Source: Alphaproteobacteria bacterium (lineage in GTDB: Bacteria; Pseudomonadota; Alphaproteobacteria; UBA828). Taken from it: a stretch of DNA of 64,000 bases. Of the stretch, positions 20,066 through 29,888 are shown in pieces. A program made the translations under genes and the position numbers. The notes beneath the pieces were generated by a model that had not been told where the DNA came from, did not search any database, and was given only the letters and a program-made list of their open reading frames with translations. How positions within the stretch are numbered: position 1 is the stretch's first letter; each line of letters opens with the position of its first letter. The stretch is taken from contig CBDCQT010000012.1 of NCBI GenBank assembly GCA_965220745.1, forward strand, positions 256,001-320,000, in the 5' to 3' direction.

Positions 20066-20385
20066 CCGAGTGCCTCCTCGGCATCGACACGCGCCCCGGC
20101 ACGGCGGACAAGAGCCTCCCAGGTCTCCGCCCCCGCGCTGTCTTCGACGCGTTGTTTCTCGACCTCGTAGAGGACCCGCACCGCCCGTTCGATCCGCGCT
20201 ACGGCTCCGGCAAGCTCACGTGTCGCTACGCTGTCTTCCTGCACCGGAGACGGCGCGGTCAGGCGTTCGACGACGTAGCGCGAGACGTCCATGCCTGCTG
20301 CGTCTGCCCGCTCCTGCACCGTCTGCCAGTCGCTGTCCGTCGCCATCACGGCGCGCTGTCGCTTGCGTGCCTTTGCCCCGCTCAT
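20062..20385 (-). CDS. Ribbon-helix-helix protein (MobC/NikA-like), paralogue 1
   Basis: RAVMATDSDWQTVQERADAAGMDVSRYVV. Confidence 0.7.
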   Translation of the reverse strand: MSGAKARKRQRAVMATDSDWQTVQERADAAGMDVSRYVVERLTAPSPVQEDSVATRELAGAVARIERAVRVLYEVEKQRVEDSAGAETWEALVRRAGARVDAEEALG

Positions 20386-20469
20386 GCCTTCCCCCTTGCG
20401 TCGTTGCGGTCGAACCGCGATCATCCGATCAATTATACAGATTTAGAAGCTTGTTGAGAGGACTGCGCC

Positions 20470-20770
20470 CCGTGTCGAACCGATTCGACCTACGGTTTAC
20501 CCATGTGCACTATAGCGGTAGCCGTATATCTTGTATATATTATATAGTCTCTATACTCCACGCAAAATGCCCCACTCACGTGACCGCCATCGACCGCCAC
20601 CACCTGCATCACACGTCAGAAACACTTCCCCCGATGCAATAGCCCAAACTTGCGATGTCTCAGTTTATAGTATCTGAAATCGCTACGAATTTCGTTGACA
20701 CTCAGCACAACCAACTGTAAAAGCGTCATTATCAGGAGGTCCAAGCAACTCTACCTAGGTTTACCCATAT
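20470..20770 (-). promoter_or_regulatory. Candidate origin of transfer (oriT) with MOBF-type nic site at 20551-20567
   Basis: Minus strand TTTTGCGTGGAGTAT-AG resembles F nic TTTTGCGTGGGGTGT-GG; AT-rich; direct repeat ACCTA(C)GGTTTACCCAT at 20488 and 20753; hairpin GTCGAA-CCGA-TTCGAC at 20474. Confidence 0.55.
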
Positions 20771-20897
20771 AGTCTATTTTTCTGTCTTGTTGTCACACCC
20801 GACGAATGCCAAAACTACTTCGCTGCTGCAGGATATGACCGCGTATGATCGGAACCTGCTCTAGCCACGCGCCTGCGAAGCCTGGCGCGCGTCTGGG

Positions 20898-21710
20898 CTA
20901 GGTGTTCGACGTATCTTCGGCGGTCCCGATGACGTATTGGTCGTAGTCGACGATCGCGCCGGTCATGATCCCGGAGTCATCGGCGCTCAAGAAAGCGACG
21001 GCCTGCGCCACCTCCTCCGGCTGGATGAGCCGGCCGAAAGGCTGGAGCGCGTTCGCCTCGTCGATCCAGTTTTCGTCGAGGCCGTGGTAGCCCGTCCGTT
21101 GTACATGCTCGCCGGGCGTATCGGTCCAGCCGTTGTTGAGGCCGTTCACGCGAATGCGGTGGCGCGCGAGAGAACAGGCCACGTTCTTCGTGAGCGTTAC
21201 CATCGCGCCTTTCGACCCGCTGTACGCCGATATGTAAGGGAGGCCGCCGTAGCTCGCCGTGCTGAGAATATTGACGATCGCGCCTTCGATCTTTTCGCGG
21301 ATCATGATTTTCGCGGCATCCTGCATCAGCAGGAAGGGCGCGCGGACGTTGAGTGCAAAAATTCGGTCGAATAGTTCGGCCGACGTGTCGAGAAGCGTGC
21401 CGCGATCCGACGTTGCGGCCACGTTGACCAGGACATCGACCTTGCCGAACGCCTCATCGGCTGCCGCGACGACCGCACGACAATCCGCCACGCGGGTCAG
21501 ATCGGCCGGAACGAAACGTGTCTCGCAGCCGCTATCGCTCAACGAGCGTGCAACCGTGCTTCCACGATCGGCACTGCGGCCGCAAATCACCTGGCCCGCC
21601 ATCCCGCGTTCGGCGAAGAGACGCGCCGTCGCTTCGCCGATACCCATGGTGCCGCCGGTTACGACTGCGTGCTTGCCTGTGAACTGACCTGCGTAGTCGA
21701 CCTGCGCCAT
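20898..21710 (-). CDS. SDR family oxidoreductase
   Basis: VTGGTMGIG, YSGSK. Confidence 0.9.
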   Translation of the reverse strand: MAQVDYAGQFTGKHAVVTGGTMGIGEATARLFAERGMAGQVICGRSADRGSTVARSLSDSGCETRFVPADLTRVADCRAVVAAADEAFGKVDVLVNVAATSDRGTLLDTSAELFDRIFALNVRAPFLLMQDAAKIMIREKIEGAIVNILSTASYGGLPYISAYSGSKGAMVTLTKNVACSLARHRIRVNGLNNGWTDTPGEHVQRTGYHGLDENWIDEANALQPFGRLIQPEEVAQAVAFLSADDSGIMTGAIVDYDQYVIGTAEDTSNT

Positions 21711-21739
21711 CCGTCAGCGTCTCCCGACTGGACCAGCGA

Positions 21740-22585
21740 TCACGACGCGAAGTCGGAACGCCGATGCTCGCCAATACTGATATCGGCGTCCGGATCCATG
21801 AATACCCGGTCATCGCCTGCAAGCGTCAGGCCGCTCTCCTTGATTGCCGTGTCGGGGAGCATCTCCAGCGGCGTGTATTGCGGATGGTGGTGCTGCTTGA
21901 AGGGATTGTTCGATACGCGATTGTAGCAACAGATCAGAATGTCCCGCGCCGTGTCGGACAGATTCGGATCCGAGCTATGAAGCATGTTGCTATGGAAGAA
22001 GAAGGCATCGCCCGGCTGTGTTTCCACATAGACGTGCTCTAGCTGTTTCATCGCTTGCGTGACGCGCTCCATGTCTGCGCCATTCTGGCCACCATGAATC
22101 ACGTGTTCGATCCGGCCCATCTTGTGACTGCCCTTGAGGACCTGAAGGCAGCCGTTCTCACGGGTCGCCGGGTTGACCGAGATCGCAACGCTCAACAGGT
22201 CGGGAAACAAGCAGCCGTTCTTGTACCAATAGCCGTAATCTTGATGCCAATCCCAGGTGCCGCCGCCACCGGGACGCTTGAGCGTCACCTTCGAATGGTA
22301 GTGGTAAACCTCGCCGCCGAGGAGGCGCGCCGCGCCCTCGACCATGCGCCGACACCGTGCAACGGCGCCGAATAAATCGTCCCCTGGATGATTCCAGACC
22401 GCGACGTCCGTCGCGCCGCCTTTGCTGTCCTCCAGCGCATAGGCGCGTTGCCGGATCGCCGGATCTTCCGCGATGCCCCGCCGGAGCAGCGCCATCTCCT
22501 CATCGTCGAAGAAGGCGCGCTTGAACACGTAACCGTCGTCTTGAAATGCTCTGACGTCCTGTTCCGTTATCGATGGAATCCCCAT
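21740..22585 (-). CDS. PhyH-family Fe(II)/2-oxoglutarate dioxygenase
   Basis: WHQDYGYW (HxD), NGCLQVLKGSH, FFHSNMLHSS..N. Confidence 0.9.
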   Translation of the reverse strand: MGIPSITEQDVRAFQDDGYVFKRAFFDDEEMALLRRGIAEDPAIRQRAYALEDSKGGATDVAVWNHPGDDLFGAVARCRRMVEGAARLLGGEVYHYHSKVTLKRPGGGGTWDWHQDYGYWYKNGCLFPDLLSVAISVNPATRENGCLQVLKGSHKMGRIEHVIHGGQNGADMERVTQAMKQLEHVYVETQPGDAFFFHSNMLHSSDPNLSDTARDILICCYNRVSNNPFKQHHHPQYTPLEMLPDTAIKESGLTLAGDDRVFMDPDADISIGEHRRSDFAS

Positions 22586-22637
22586 GATGTCGCCCCTGTC
22601 GTGTCCGGCCGCTTCGTTTGCGGCGCGGCACCCGGCG

Positions 22638-23423
22638 TCAATAAGAAACGATAATTCTTGTAACTTCTTCGAGCGTCGTGTCCTCGCGCTTGACGTTCGT
22701 AATGACCTCACCGTGCGCCATTACGACGAAACGATCGCAGACCTGAAACGCGTGATAGAGGTTGTGCGTGACGAAAACACAGGACACGCCGTCAGCCCGT
22801 AGTTGGGTGACGTACGTGAGAACCTTCTCCGTTTCGCGGACGGAGAGAGCGCTGGTGGGCTCATCGAGCAGGAGCATCTTGTTCTTGAAATATACCGCAC
22901 GCGCGATTGCAACCGCCTGCTGTTGGCCTCCGGAAAGGCCTTCGACTGCCTGATCGGGTGATGTGATCCCGGCGATCTCGACAGTGTGCTCGAGAACGTC
23001 CATCGCGATCCTGCGCATCTCGCGCAGGCGCAAGCCGCCGAACCTGTCGGTAATTTCCCGGCCGCAGAAGATATTGCGCATCACGGACATGGAACCGACG
23101 AGGGCTATGTCCTGGTAGATTGTCTCGATTCCCAGCTTCTCAGAGTCGCGGCGCGAGCGGAGCGGGACCTGCTTGCCGTCGTAAAAGAACTCGCCACGAT
23201 CCGGCTGCACCACCCCCGACATGATCTTGATTAACGTCGACTTGCCGGCTCCATTGTCGCCGACCAAGCCCACGACCTCGTTGCGGTTCAACGAAAAATC
23301 GACGCCCTTGAGCGCGTCGACATGGCCATAGGATTTCACCACACTGCGGCAGGCAAAAAGAGCCTGACCATCGTCGTCGTGGGTGGCAGGGGGTGTGTCG
23401 TGCCTCTCTTCAGTCGCCGCCAT
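22638..23423 (-). CDS. Sugar ABC transporter ATP-binding protein
   Basis: GDNGAGKS, LSGGQ, LLLDEPT. Confidence 0.93.
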   Translation of the reverse strand: MAATEERHDTPPATHDDDGQALFACRSVVKSYGHVDALKGVDFSLNRNEVVGLVGDNGAGKSTLIKIMSGVVQPDRGEFFYDGKQVPLRSRRDSEKLGIETIYQDIALVGSMSVMRNIFCGREITDRFGGLRLREMRRIAMDVLEHTVEIAGITSPDQAVEGLSGGQQQAVAIARAVYFKNKMLLLDEPTSALSVRETEKVLTYVTQLRADGVSCVFVTHNLYHAFQVCDRFVVMAHGEVITNVKREDTTLEEVTRIIVSY

Positions 23424-23426
23424 TTC

Positions 23427-24389
23427 TCAGTCTCGTTTGGCCACCACTTGGTTCATCAGCACCGCGATGATGATGATCGCACCCACGAAGGTCTCGTGGT
23501 AATAGCCCGGCGCGCGGGATAGCAGGAGGATGTCTTCGACCAGATGGATCAGGGCCGCTCCCAGCATGATGCCGATTAAAGTGCCGCGGCCGCCCATAAG
23601 GAACAATGCGCCGATAACGCACGCCGCAATTGCTTCAAGCTCGAGTCCCGTTCCCTGAGTGACGACCGCCGAATTGACGCGTGTCGCGCCGATGATGCCG
23701 GCAAATCCCGCTAGCAACCCCGAAATCGTGAACGCAATCATCTTGGTCCGGTTGACGTTGATTCCGGTCGCCGTGGCGGCTTGCCGGTTGCCGCCGACGG
23801 CGTACAGGTGATTGCCGTACCGATGAAGGTGCAGGAAATAGAAGGCGACCGCACCGATAAACAAGAACCAGAGAAACTGAGATTTCATCAGGCCTAACGA
23901 TCCAGTCAGCACCGCCTCAAATGTCTCTCCCGGATAAAAGGATACCGGTCGACTGTCATTAAGCGCCCGAATTAGTCCGCGCACGACCAACATGCTGCCG
24001 AGCGTCGCGATGAACGATGGAATCGCCGTTCGCGTGACGATGAGGCCGTTGACAAAGCCGATGGTCCCACCGGCGGCAAGGCCGATGATGATGGCCAGCC
24101 AGAGCGGCCACTCCTCGCGAAAGAGCATGGCCGCCACTAGCGCGCTGAAACCGAACACCGAGCCGACGGAGAGGTCGAACTCGCCTGTGATCATCAGCAA
24201 GCCGACACCGATGGCGAGGATCCCGAGGAGCGGGATCGTGCGCAGCAGGATGGCGACGTTCGCGCTGTGCAGAAAACGGAAATCGTCGGGGATGATGAGG
24301 CCGGCAATAATGCAGCCGGCCAACACCACCGTGAAAACCACGGCGATGTTGCCGGCTGGATGGCGTCGAATGCGTTCTATCGCATTCAC
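23427..24389 (-). CDS. Sugar ABC transporter permease (RbsC-like)
   Basis: GEFDLSVGS, IPSFIATLG, YAVGGN, ELEAIAACVIG. Confidence 0.93.
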   Translation of the reverse strand: MNAIERIRRHPAGNIAVVFTVVLAGCIIAGLIIPDDFRFLHSANVAILLRTIPLLGILAIGVGLLMITGEFDLSVGSVFGFSALVAAMLFREEWPLWLAIIIGLAAGGTIGFVNGLIVTRTAIPSFIATLGSMLVVRGLIRALNDSRPVSFYPGETFEAVLTGSLGLMKSQFLWFLFIGAVAFYFLHLHRYGNHLYAVGGNRQAATATGINVNRTKMIAFTISGLLAGFAGIIGATRVNSAVVTQGTGLELEAIAACVIGALFLMGGRGTLIGIMLGAALIHLVEDILLLSRAPGYYHETFVGAIIIIAVLMNQVVAKRD

Positions 24390-24486
24390 GTTGTTGCTGC
24401 CCCTTCTCTCAGGCTCCGCGCAAGTTCACACCGCACGCCCGCGATAGTGGCAGGTCTTTATATCAGGAAACCGGGGCAACCGCCGA

Positions 24487-25461
24487 CTAGCGGTATTCGC
24501 CGGACCACTCTTCCGCGTATTGAACGTTGTCCTGAGTGACGATCGCGTTGCCCGCGTAGTAGGTGCTGGGCTGGATACCATAGAGCTTCCACAGGTGCGC
24601 CCACAGCACCGGCATGAAGCCCTGGATGTAGAACTGCTGATCCACGGTGCCGAAGGTCTTGCCCTCCTTGATCGCTCTGAGCACCCGCGTGTTGATATCG
24701 AACGTTCCGTTAGGAATGTTCTCAAGCCCCGCCTCTTCGATGGCCTGGGCGGCGATGCCACCGGGTGTTCCGCCGAGCGAGATGACGAAGTCGGTCTCCG
24801 GGTGGCCGATCAAGTACTGTGTCACCACCGGCAACGCGTTCTCGAACGAGGCCGTCGTTCCCAGGCGCTCAGTCGTCACTTCGAGGCCGGCTTCCGCGAC
24901 GGCGCGCAGCACGCCGTCATGCCGCAGCTGGGCATAAGCCGCCTCCGGATATTCGACCGGCATGAAGATGTGATCGCCGTTCTCCATGCCGTACTTCTTG
25001 ATCATGGCTTTACCCATGAGATAGCCGGCAAGCTCAAGGTCTTGGCCGACAAACGTCGGATGCATCGCTTCCGCGTTGGCCACCGGATCATTGATATTGT
25101 TGTTGATGAAGAGAATCCCGGCCTCGGTCATTTGACGGATGCTGTCGATGAACGCGTCCGAAACGAAAAGCGAGCCCGTAACGGCATCAACTTCGTTCGC
25201 GACCGCCGTCTGCATGATGCTGTTCTGCTTTTCGGGATCCGCGTCACCATACTGAATATCGACGTCGGCGCAGGTGTACTCAGCGGCTTCTTCGACTCCC
25301 TTGATCATCGGCGCCCATGCCGCGTTGGACGATTCCGTCCAAATGATATGGGTTACTCTGACTGGATCTTCGGGACAGTCTTTGGCGTCGGCGTAGGACG
25401 GAATTGCCGCGACAATCGCGAGCGCGATCCCTGCCCCCAACATGGTCTTGAAGATGTTCAT
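24487..25461 (-). CDS. Sugar ABC transporter substrate-binding protein
   Basis: Signal peptide; class I periplasmic-binding features (FVGQD, TFD, VDQQFYIQG). Confidence 0.88.
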   Translation of the reverse strand: MNIFKTMLGAGIALAIVAAIPSYADAKDCPEDPVRVTHIIWTESSNAAWAPMIKGVEEAAEYTCADVDIQYGDADPEKQNSIMQTAVANEVDAVTGSLFVSDAFIDSIRQMTEAGILFINNNINDPVANAEAMHPTFVGQDLELAGYLMGKAMIKKYGMENGDHIFMPVEYPEAAYAQLRHDGVLRAVAEAGLEVTTERLGTTASFENALPVVTQYLIGHPETDFVISLGGTPGGIAAQAIEEAGLENIPNGTFDINTRVLRAIKEGKTFGTVDQQFYIQGFMPVLWAHLWKLYGIQPSTYYAGNAIVTQDNVQYAEEWSGEYR

Positions 25462-25677
25462 TGCTTCCTCCCCTGTGCGCAGACCCAACTCGCGCTCCCA
25501 TTATTGTCGTTGGGCTCCGCGAGACGGCTGTCAATTCTGTGTTGCGCGCATATCGCACATTCGAAGACATGCCGCACAATGCTACTGGCCAAGTCGAAGC
25601 GGTGTCAAGCACAGCAGGCCATGAGCGCGTGAGTCGCTTTCGCGTTCTGGCTACCCAAACACGCGGCGGCTAACGCA

Positions 25678-26481
25678 TTAGCGGCGCCGCAGGCCGCCGC
25701 TCGATTCAAGCATGCTGACTGTTTCGTCGATCCGCTCGGCCGCCCGCCGCAGCTTGGGAAGCATGCGCGACACGAGTTCGTCCAACGACATCCTGGATGT
25801 GTGGGAGGACAGGTTGATCGCGGCGATCACCTCGCCGGTCGAAACGTGTATCGGGACAGCGATCGAAATCAGGCCATCCTCCATTTCTTCGTCGGCGATC
25901 GCGTAGTCCTTGCTTCGCACCTGGCTCAGGGCCCGGCGCAACGCCTGTTTCGACGTGATGGTTTTCTTCGTTCGGCGAGGGAGAGTTTCTATCTCGAAGT
26001 AGCGCTCGAGCTCCGGTTCCGGCAACGCGGCCAGAAGAACCTTCCCCAACGATGCGGCGTAAGCCGGCAGCCGCTCTCCCGGCGAAACGTGGGTCGAAAT
26101 GATCCGGCGCGTCGAATCCCGTATGACATAGAGAATGTCGGTGCCGTCGAGCACGGCGACGGCGCAGGGTTCGTTGACCTCCTGGGCAAGCGCACGCACG
26201 TCGTCCGCGATCACGGACCAAATCGATTGGGACGAGAAGAACGCGAAACCCAGCCTCAGGACCTTTGGCGTGAGGCGCCAATAGTGGGTCGTCACCTCCT
26301 CCACATAGCCCAGTTCCCGGAGCGTCAGGAGGATACGTCGCGCCGCAGCCCGGCTGATCCCCGCAATCTCTGCGACCTGTGTGGTGGTGGCGTGCGGCCG
26401 CTCGACGTTGAAGGCTTGCAGGACCTCCAGGCCGCGGGCAAGGGTTTGGGCGAAATCGCGTTTCTGAATACTCGTGCTCAC
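25678..26481 (-). CDS. IclR-family transcriptional regulator (PcaR/PobR-like)
   Basis: QTLARGLEVL HTH, RLPAYAASLGK, ISIAVP; start uncertain. Confidence 0.9.
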   Translation of the reverse strand: MSTSIQKRDFAQTLARGLEVLQAFNVERPHATTTQVAEIAGISRAAARRILLTLRELGYVEEVTTHYWRLTPKVLRLGFAFFSSQSIWSVIADDVRALAQEVNEPCAVAVLDGTDILYVIRDSTRRIISTHVSPGERLPAYAASLGKVLLAALPEPELERYFEIETLPRRTKKTITSKQALRRALSQVRSKDYAIADEEMEDGLISIAVPIHVSTGEVIAAINLSSHTSRMSLDELVSRMLPKLRRAAERIDETVSMLESSGGLRRR

Positions 26482-26734
26482 AGCAGCACCGTATCGCCTG
26501 TGCGTCTGCGCGGGCTCGCGCCGCTCGGCGCCGTTGGGCGGGGTCGGGTTGACGTGTTGCGCACCGTAAGCCAGACTGCGTGCGATATAACTCCAAGCGT
26601 GCGAATATCGCACGCTTGGAGGGCCCCGATCAAGTCCCAGTGCGTGAACTGCAGGCGTCCCGCTGCTCGACTAAATACGCGGGACGCGGCCCGTTACACC
26701 GCTTGGGCCCAGGCTCGACATAGGAACGAGCGAC

Positions 26735-27808
26735 ATGCCGGTCGTCATTGCAGCCGCCTGCTTGCAAACGTTTCTCGAGCGTGTGTTCGAGCGAGCGGGC
26801 TGTAGTACGAATGAAGCGACGACGGTCGCGCGGCACTTCGTCCTATCCGACATGAGCGGACATTCATCCCACGGCACCATCCGGCTTCGGGTTTACCTGG
26901 AAAGACTGCGCGACCGCGAGATTATCCCCGGCAACCGGGGCGAGCCTGTGATCGACACCGAGACCCTGCTCGTCCTCGATGGGCACCTGGGATTCGGCCA
27001 GGTCGTCGCCGAACACGGGATCGCGCGGGGGGTCGAGAAGGCACGGCAGTGTGGGGTGGCGCTGATCGCAATGCGCAACATGTCGCATTGCGGGCGACTG
27101 GGACACTACGCCGAGCTCGCGGCGGACGCTGGTCAGGCATCGATCCATTTCGTCAATACCGGCGGGTATGGACTATGGGTCGCGCCATTCGGCGGTACGG
27201 ATCGGAGGCTCTCGACCAACCCGGTTTGCATCGGCATACCGCGCGAGAACGCACCGCCTGTCATATGGGATGCTGCGACATCGGTCATCGCGGTTGGCAA
27301 GATTTGGGTCGCCGCCAACAAGGGCGTTGATCTCCCGCCCGGCTGTCTGCTCGACAGGGATGGCGCACCGACCACCGATCCCAATGCGCTGCTGGCGGGC
27401 GGTGCGGTGGTGCCTTTCGGCGGCTACAAGGGCTACGGTCTGGCGATCGTTACGGATCTCCTAGCGGGCGCCCTCATCGGTGGCGCGTGCTCCAAGCCGG
27501 GCGTCGACGTGTTGGTGAACAATCAGCTGAGCATCCTAATGGATCCGGAATCGATCGGCGATGCCGGTGCCGTCGAGGCGGAGGCGCGGCGCTTCATTGA
27601 TTGGGTCAAGGCTTCGCCACCGGTGGAGAGCGACGAGGTCCTGGTGCCCGGCGAGGTGGAAGCTCGAAGCCGGCGGCAAGCCTCTGAGGCCGGGCTCTCC
27701 TTCGACGATACGACCTGGGCCCAGTGCATCGACGCCGCCAAGAGTGTTGGCATGAGCGCGGTCGAGATCGAGGCGCTCACGGCCACTCCGGCTGCGACGG
27801 GCGGATGA
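26735..27808 (+). CDS. Ldh_2 family (malate/L-lactate/ureidoglycolate dehydrogenase-like) oxidoreductase
   Basis: GHSSHG, GFGQ, SHCGRLG, STNP, GYKGYGL. Confidence 0.9.
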   Translation: MPVVIAAACLQTFLERVFERAGCSTNEATTVARHFVLSDMSGHSSHGTIRLRVYLERLRDREIIPGNRGEPVIDTETLLVLDGHLGFGQVVAEHGIARGVEKARQCGVALIAMRNMSHCGRLGHYAELAADAGQASIHFVNTGGYGLWVAPFGGTDRRLSTNPVCIGIPRENAPPVIWDAATSVIAVGKIWVAANKGVDLPPGCLLDRDGAPTTDPNALLAGGAVVPFGGYKGYGLAIVTDLLAGALIGGACSKPGVDVLVNNQLSILMDPESIGDAGAVEAEARRFIDWVKASPPVESDEVLVPGEVEARSRRQASEAGLSFDDTTWAQCIDAAKSVGMSAVEIEALTATPAATGG

Positions 27809-28716
27809 GCGGGACTGCCTGGCCGGTCGGTGCGGTACGCGCGATCGTCGGCGAGAGCCCAGTCTGGTCCGAGGCCGATCGCTGCATCTATTGGGTCGAC
27901 ATATTTGGCGGCCTTGTCCACCGCTACGAGACGGACTCAGGCTCCAATCGCCATTGGCGGATGCCCGAGCAGGTCGGCAACCTCGTGCTCGTCGATGGCG
28001 GTGGTTTGCTTGTCGCGCTGGAAGGAGGGCTGCATCACTTCGTGCCCGAGACAGGCGCGCTGAGTACCCTCTGCGACATCAAGGCGGACATCGTGGGCCA
28101 GCGCTTCAATGACGGTACCTGCGATCCGCGCGGCCGGCTGTGGATCGGTTCGATGGCGATGGAGGAGCCGGTTCGGGACGCGGTGGGGGCCCTGTTCCGC
28201 TTCTCCGCAGACGGCACGATCGCCCGCGTGCTGGATGGACTTCTCGTTCCGAACGGAATGGCCTTCTGCCCCGATGGAGGGACGTTCTACGTCTCGGACT
28301 CCCACCCGTCCGTGCAAACGATCTGGGCCTTCGACTACGATCTGGACGATGGCGCACTATCGAATCGGCGGGTCTTCGCGACCACTCACGATCTCCCCGG
28401 GCGCCCCGACGGCGGCACGGTGGACGCGGACGGATTCTACTGGTCGGCCAATGTGGGCGGGGGCTGCCTCGTGCGCTTCGACCCCGAGGGGCAAATCGAT
28501 CGGACAATCGAGGTCCCGACGGAAAAGCCCTCAAAGGTCGCATTCGGCGGGCCATCGCTGGACGTGATGTACATGACGTCGATCAATCACAGGCTTCAGA
28601 ACCGCGATGAGCGGGGGTTGGCTGGCAGCCTCTTTCGCCTCGACAAAGGAATCAGGGGCTTGCCGCCCAACCGTTTCGGCCCGCTCGAACAATCATCAAT
28701 CGGTCAAGGAACATGA
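27805..28716 (+). CDS. SMP-30/gluconolactonase family sugar lactonase
   Basis: GESPVW, RFNDG, PNGMAF, PDG. Confidence 0.9.
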   Translation: MSGTAWPVGAVRAIVGESPVWSEADRCIYWVDIFGGLVHRYETDSGSNRHWRMPEQVGNLVLVDGGGLLVALEGGLHHFVPETGALSTLCDIKADIVGQRFNDGTCDPRGRLWIGSMAMEEPVRDAVGALFRFSADGTIARVLDGLLVPNGMAFCPDGGTFYVSDSHPSVQTIWAFDYDLDDGALSNRRVFATTHDLPGRPDGGTVDADGFYWSANVGGGCLVRFDPEGQIDRTIEVPTEKPSKVAFGGPSLDVMYMTSINHRLQNRDERGLAGSLFRLDKGIRGLPPNRFGPLEQSSIGQGT

Positions 28717-29483
28717 GAACAAATCGCCTCAAGACACTGTGGAGAGAGGGTCGGCCGGCCGTGAGTGGCTGGCTCTCCATCTCTGCGCCGTTTTCGGCAG
28801 AGATCATGGCGCACCAGGGGTGGGATGCGCTCACCGTCGATCTTCAACACGGCCTGATCGACTATCAGACCGCCGTCGACATGCTGACAGCGATTTCGAC
28901 CACCGAGACCGTGCCGCTCGCCCGCGTCCCGTGGCTGGAGTTCGGCCTGATCATGAAGCTGCTCGACGCCGGCGCCTACGGCATCATCTGCCCGATGGTG
29001 AACACCCGGGAAGACGCGGAGAACCTGGTCCGCGCGGGGCGCTATCCGCCGGCCGGCACAAGGAGCTTCGGGCCGATCAGGGCCGCGATCTACGGCGGCG
29101 CCGACTATGTCGAGAACGCCAACGACGAGATCGTCCTGATGGCCATGATTGAGACCGAGGAGGCGCTCGACAATGTTAAGGAGATCGCGGCCGTTCCCGG
29201 TCTCGACGGTCTCTTCATCGGCCCGAACGACCTTGCAAAGTCGCTCGGCCGAACGCCGCGCCTCGACACAGACGACCCGGTGGTCGCGCCGGCGATTGCG
29301 CACATCATCGAGACTGCGAGAGCGGCCGACATCGCGTGCGGCATTTTCACGGGCATGCCGGACTATGCCGCGCAAATTGTTCGGCAAGGGGCCCGCTTCG
29401 TCGCGATTTCATCCGACGCACGGTTGCTCGCCGCCTCGGCGGCTGATGCGGTGGCACGCTTTCGTGAAGTGAGCGGTACGTAG
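28713..29483 (+). CDS. HpcH/HpaI class II aldolase
   Basis: VDLQHG, LDAGAYGIICPMV, MIET, FIGPNDL. Confidence 0.92.
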   Translation: MRTNRLKTLWREGRPAVSGWLSISAPFSAEIMAHQGWDALTVDLQHGLIDYQTAVDMLTAISTTETVPLARVPWLEFGLIMKLLDAGAYGIICPMVNTREDAENLVRAGRYPPAGTRSFGPIRAAIYGGADYVENANDEIVLMAMIETEEALDNVKEIAAVPGLDGLFIGPNDLAKSLGRTPRLDTDDPVVAPAIAHIIETARAADIACGIFTGMPDYAAQIVRQGARFVAISSDARLLAASAADAVARFREVSGT

Positions 29484-29588
29484 GCGGCTTGTCCGGCCCC
29501 TTCGCGGTGCCCGCCACCGCCGCCGGCGTGACACGGCAGGCGTTCCATATAGACTTCGCCGCGCAACGACGCAGCGGGAAGGACGGCG

Positions 29589-29888
29589 ATGAAGGCAGTC
29601 TATTTCGAGCAGCATGGCGGACCCGAGGTCATCCGCTACGGCGACCTGCCGGACCCGGAGGCCGGGCCGGGCGAGATCGTCGTCGACGTCCACGCCGCCA
29701 GCGTCAACGGCGCGGACTGCAAGGTGCTGTCAGGTCGCTACAGCCGGATCACCGACTTCCCCTATGTGCTCGGGCGCGACTTTTCGGGCGTGGTCGCATC
29801 GCTCGGAGGCGGCGTCGACGAGTTCGCGCCCGGCGATCCGGTATTCGGCGTCCGCGAAGTGGGCTGGAGCAATATCCGACCTGAGTGA
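29589..29888 (+). pseudogene. NADP-dependent MDR (quinone reductase-like) oxidoreductase, 3'-truncated
   Basis: GroES-like N-terminal domain only; homology stops where the MITE begins (29864). Confidence 0.8.
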
